Shown here: piece by piece, positions 59,571-64,000 of the stretch
How the letters are laid out: every line of letters starts with the position of its first letter
Numbering within the stretch: the stretch's first letter is position 1
From: Deinococcus sp.
GTDB taxonomy: Bacteria > Deinococcota > Deinococci > Deinococcales > Deinococcaceae
Assembly: GCA_965261005.1 (NCBI GenBank)
Contig: OZ253375.1
Location: 2,816,001-2,880,000 of the forward strand
Direction: 5' to 3'
DNA length: 64,000 nt
Notes under the pieces: generated by a model
What the model was told of the DNA's origin: nothing
Database searches by the model: none
Seen by the model: the letters and a program-made list of their open reading frames with translations, nothing else
Translations under genes and position numbers: made by a program

Positions 59571-60908
59571 GTGAATACCCCCAAAAATAAGTGGCCCAGA
59601 AACGCCTTGATCGTGGTCGGCGTCTTGGTGGCCACCAGCGCCGTCGGCTACGCGCAGTTCCGCACCCAGGACACCTCGGCGGCGCTGTCCTCTAAGACGG
59701 GGCAGGCCTTTTTGCAGGCCCTGAACGATCTCAATCAGGATTATCTCAAGCCGGTGGACCGCGACAAGCTGCTTCAGGGCGCCATCAAGGGCATGGCCGG
59801 CTCCCTCAACGACAAGTTCGTGTACTACTTTCCCCCCGAGGACGCCGGCATGCAGGATCAGGACCTCAAGGGCGAGTTCTTCGGCATCGGCGCCCTGATC
59901 GGCGCGGCGGGCGAAGGCGGCGCCGGCGCCGAGATCGAGGGCGTTTACAAGGGGCAGCCGGCCTCGCGCGCCGGGTTGCAGGCGGGCGACAAGATTCTCA
60001 AGGTGAACGGCGAGGACGTCAGCCAGCTCAACTTCCAAAAGGTCGTGGGCAAGATTCGCGGCCCCAAGGGCACGGTTGTCAAGCTGGACATGGCGCGCGG
60101 CAACTCGACCTACACGGCCACCATCACCCGCAGCCCCATCACCATCGTGTCGGTGGAGACGGCCACGCTGCCCGGCAACGTGGGCTACCTAGCCCTCAAC
60201 ACCTTCGCCAACGAGAAGGTGTTTCAGCAGTTCTCGGACGCGGTGGACGCCTTTGAGAAAAAGGGCGTCAACAAGCTGGTCCTGGATCTCCGCGACAACG
60301 GCGGCGGCCTCCTCAACGCCGGCATCTTTGTGGCCGACAAGTTCTTGCAGCAAGGAACCATCGTCAGCTTGCGCTCGCGCGACCAAGCCCCCCAGGTGGT
60401 CGGCAGCGCCAAAAAAGAGGCCGGCGACTACACCGGCAAGCTGGTGGTGCTGATCAACAAGAACAGCGCCTCCGCCTCCGAGATCGTCTCGGGCGCGTTG
60501 CAGGACTATAACCGCGCCACCATCGTGGGCGAAACGAGCTTTGGCAAGGGCGTGGCGCAAAGCATAGACAAGCTGCCCGACGGCTCACAGCTGTGGATCG
60601 TGTCCAACGAGTGGCTGACCCCCAAGGGGCGCGGCATTCAGGACAAGGGCATCACCCCCGACGTCAAGGTGGCTGACACCCGCTATCCCACCCCCGTCTC
60701 GCTGAGCGGCCTGGGCCTCAAGCCGGGTCAAAAGGTCAGCGTCAACTTGGGCGGGCGCACCCTCAACCTCACCGCCGACCAAGACGGCAAGCTGAACTTC
60801 ACCGAGACGCCCAAGCGCCAGCCGATCTCGGGCGTGCAGGGCGAGGCGACCGTGAACCCCAAGAACGACGCCGAGCTGGCAAAGGCGCTTGACATCCTGA
60901 ACAAGTAA
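59571..60908 (+). CDS. S41 C-terminal processing protease
   Basis: PDZ domain, DLRDNGGG, SASASEI, SFGKG motifs. Confidence 0.92.
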   Translation: MNTPKNKWPRNALIVVGVLVATSAVGYAQFRTQDTSAALSSKTGQAFLQALNDLNQDYLKPVDRDKLLQGAIKGMAGSLNDKFVYYFPPEDAGMQDQDLKGEFFGIGALIGAAGEGGAGAEIEGVYKGQPASRAGLQAGDKILKVNGEDVSQLNFQKVVGKIRGPKGTVVKLDMARGNSTYTATITRSPITIVSVETATLPGNVGYLALNTFANEKVFQQFSDAVDAFEKKGVNKLVLDLRDNGGGLLNAGIFVADKFLQQGTIVSLRSRDQAPQVVGSAKKEAGDYTGKLVVLINKNSASASEIVSGALQDYNRATIVGETSFGKGVAQSIDKLPDGSQLWIVSNEWLTPKGRGIQDKGITPDVKVADTRYPTPVSLSGLGLKPGQKVSVNLGGRTLNLTADQDGKLNFTETPKRQPISGVQGEATVNPKNDAELAKALDILNK

Positions 60909-60944
60909 ATAAGTTTTCTGCGGGCGTGCTCAGCCACTTCAAAA

Positions 60945-61667
60945 TCAGCCACTGACAAAGCTGAGCGCGCCCGTCACGTTCTGCACCCCGGCCAGAGCGG
61001 GCACCAGCGTGGACTCGCTGGGGCGGGCGCAAAAGCGCACGTCCTCTCCGAGACCCAGCCGCTCCAGCGCGACGCCGCCGCCGCTGCTGGAGAGCGCCTC
61101 CAGGGGGTCGCTGACCTGACGGCGCACGGTGAGGGCGATGCGGGCGCCGTCGTCAATGCTGACCTCGCCCAGCGAGAGCAAATACTCGCACAGCACGCCG
61201 GCGGTGTAGATGTCCTCCAGGCTCGCGCGGCCGGCGGTGCCGGCGCACACCACGGCGATCTCCTCCACGGCCAGGGCGCGCGCCCGGCGGGTCGCGGCGT
61301 GGGCGTTGCGCAAGCTGGCCAGCAGCACATGCTTGCCGCTGCCGGCGGCCACGTGGGCGGCCCCGGTGCCGTTGGTGGTATTCATCACGACCGTCTTGCC
61401 GGTGAAGTTGTGGGTGTTCGCCTCGACGGGGGAATTGCCGAAGTCGAAGCCGGGCAGCGGCAGACCGCCGCGCTCGCCGCCGAGCAGCACGTTCCCGCTT
61501 CCGTCCGCGCGCAGTTCCAGGCCACGCTCCGGCGAGTCGGTCAGCAGCAGCCGCTCGGCGCCGCGCTCCAGGTACACGCCGGCGGTGGTGGTCGCGCGCA
61601 GCACGTCCACCACCAGCACGGTGTCGGGATAGTCGCCGTGCGGCAAGAGGTCCACCCGCAACCTCAC
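60945..61667 (-). CDS. 2-phosphosulfolactate phosphatase family (ComB-like)
   Basis: [22 protein letters not shown] motifs. Confidence 0.9.
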   Translation of the reverse strand: MRLRVDLLPHGDYPDTVLVVDVLRATTTAGVYLERGAERLLLTDSPERGLELRADGSGNVLLGGERGGLPLPGFDFGNSPVEANTHNFTGKTVVMNTTNGTGAAHVAAGSGKHVLLASLRNAHAATRRARALAVEEIAVVCAGTAGRASLEDIYTAGVLCEYLLSLGEVSIDDGARIALTVRRQVSDPLEALSSSGGGVALERLGLGEDVRFCARPSESTLVPALAGVQNVTGALSFVSG

Positions 61668-61677
61668 TTGTGCGGCC

Positions 61678-62349
<672 letters not shown>

Positions 62350-62446
62350 CGCGTGCCATTCTAACAGCCCGCAAGACGGGCCTTTGCCCTGCCGGATTCG
62401 TCAGCCGCGCACCTACTTTCCCGCGCCCACGCTCTACACTCTCTGG

Positions 62447-64000
62447 ATGACCAGCGCGCCGCCCCCGCTCACCGCCCTCGTGCCGCAGGCCCCGCCCGGC
62501 ACGTTTCTGCTGCTGCCCCAGGTGGCGCGCGCCGCCCTGTTCGCCGCCCATCCCGGCCCGGCCGTGCTGCTGACCACGCCCGAGCGGCTCGGCCTGTTCG
62601 CCGCCGGCGCGCTGGGCGCGAAGGTGAGCGTCAACCCCGGCCTCCAGGAATGGGCCACGCGCGAGGACCACGTGGTCCTCGACGTGGTCAGCGCCCTCGA
62701 CCTGTTTCCGCGCGAGCCGGGGGCGCACGCCCTCAGCTGGCAGCTGGGACAGAGCTACCCGCGCGCTGAGCTGCTCGCCCAGCTGGAAAAATTGGGCTAC
62801 GAACGCCTGCACGAGGCGCCGGAGGGCGGGGCGGGCTACTTGTTGCGCGGCGACACGGTGGAAGTTTGGACCGAGGGGGGCCAGCGCCTGCGCGCCGAAT
62901 TTTTCGGCGACGAACTCGACACCCTGCGCCGGGTGGACGCGCAGGGTCACGCCGCCGAGAAGCTGAAGAGCTACGTCCTGGCGCCCACCGAGGGTTACCT
63001 CAGCGACGTGAAGTGGGACGCGACCCGCCTGGAGCTGCTGGGCGGCCGGGTCTTTCTCGACGGTCCCGAGTTCTACGGCAGCGCCCTGGGTCCCCAACTG
63101 GACGACCTGTGGAGGCGCCTCGCCGGGCGCGAGGTCACCAGCTTCGGCCGCGCGCCGCTGGAACTTCCAGATGGTCAACTGCCGCTCAGAACGCTGCCCT
63201 TTTACCGCGCCCGCATGGCCGAGTTCGTCGCCGACGTGCGCCGTTGGCGAACGGACGGTTACCGCGTCCTGATCCTGGTGCGTCACGACCGCACCGCCGC
63301 CTACTTCGCCGAGAAGCTGGACCTCGGCGCGCCGCGCTGGCTGACCTCGCTGCGCGTGGAGGCGGGCGAGGTCGGCTTCGTGCGCGCCCCCGGCGAGGGC
63401 GGCTTCGAGGTCGTGGGCGAGAACACCGTCGTCCTGACCGAGGACTTGGTCTACGGCTTTCAGGGCGGCAGCGCGCTCAGGGGCAAGAAGTTGGCCGGCA
63501 AGCCGGTCGCCGACGCGCTGGGGTTGCAAGTCGGCGATTACCTGATCCACCCCGAGCACGGCGTGGGGCAGTTCCTCGGTTTGGAGACGCGCACGGTGCT
63601 GGGTGTGGCGCGCGACTACCTGACCCTCGACTACCGCGACCACGCCCGGCTGTACCTGCCCATCGAGCAGCTGCCCATTCTGCGGCGCCACCCCGGCACC
63701 ACCGACGACCCGCCGAGCCTCTCAAACCTCGACAAAAAGGACTGGAGCCGCGCCCGCGAGCGCGCCCGCAAAAACGCCGAGGAGTTGGCCGCAAGGTTGC
63801 TGGTCCAGTACGCCGCGCGGCAGGTGACGCCCGGCTTCGCGTTCGCCCCGCTGCCCGAGTGGGACGCCCAGGTGGAGCGCAACTTCGAGCACCAGCTGAC
63901 CGCCGACCAGATCACGGCTTTGCGCGAGACCTTCGCCGACCTTGAGGCGCCGCACCCGATGGACCGCTTGATCGCCGGCGACGTGGGCTTCGGCAAAACC
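62447..64000 (+). CDS. mfd: Transcription-repair coupling factor, 5' part (runs off the window)
   Basis: Open frame from ATG 62447; [12 protein letters not shown]arD-like domain; ends in [14 protein letters not shown]. Confidence 0.93.
   Translation, partial: MTSAPPPLTALVPQAPPGTFLLLPQVARAALFAAHPGPAVLLTTPERLGLFAAGALGAKVSVNPGLQEWATREDHVVLDVVSALDLFPREPGAHALSWQLGQSYPRAELLAQLEKLGYERLHEAPEGGAGYLLRGDTVEVWTEGGQRLRAEFFGDELDTLRRVDAQGHAAEKLKSYVLAPTEGYLSDVKWDATRLELLGGRVFLDGPEFYGSALGPQLDDLWRRLAGREVTSFGRAPLELPDGQLPLRTLPFYRARMAEFVADVRRWRTDGYRVLILVRHDRTAAYFAEKLDLGAPRWLTSLRVEAGEVGFVRAPGEGGFEVVGENTVVLTEDLVYGFQGGSALRGKKLAGKPVADALGLQVGDYLIHPEHGVGQFLGLETRTVLGVARDYLTLDYRDHARLYLPIEQLPILRRHPGTTDDPPSLSNLDKKDWSRARERARKNAEELAARLLVQYAARQVTPGFAFAPLPEWDAQVERNFEHQLTADQITALRETFADLEAPHPMDRLIAGDVGFGKT

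Overview
High-GC window from a Deinococcus-like (Deinococcota) chromosome. The assignment rests on a DdrI-like CRP regulator, RDRM-like boxes before ruvB and gyrA, an HspR HAIR site before ftsH, and many genes with a -10 hexamer directly before the start codon. Most of the window is housekeeping: rocF, moaC, rpmF, tRNA-Pro, cysK, ruvB, a caa3-type oxidase cluster, ftsH-minDE-murI-rph, rdgB, peptide and branched-chain amino acid ABC transporters, glnA, gyrA, rpsP-rimM-trmD, ftsEX-envC, a C-terminal protease, rpe and mfd. Small accessory islets (type III PKS cluster, toxin-antitoxin modules, P450/MarR islet, IS remnants) are interspersed, and five of their genes carry a single in-frame stop. The standout is a complete IS110-family element (45086-46393, - strand). 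Its non-coding left end folds into a two-loop RNA carrying guide-like matches both to its own circle junction and to its genomic insertion site, i.e. a bridge-RNA-type RNA-guided recombinase, here inserted in a Deinococcus-type intergenic repeat. Its right end carries an additional, unexplained structured segment. All protein calls are from motif recognition; no database searches were run.
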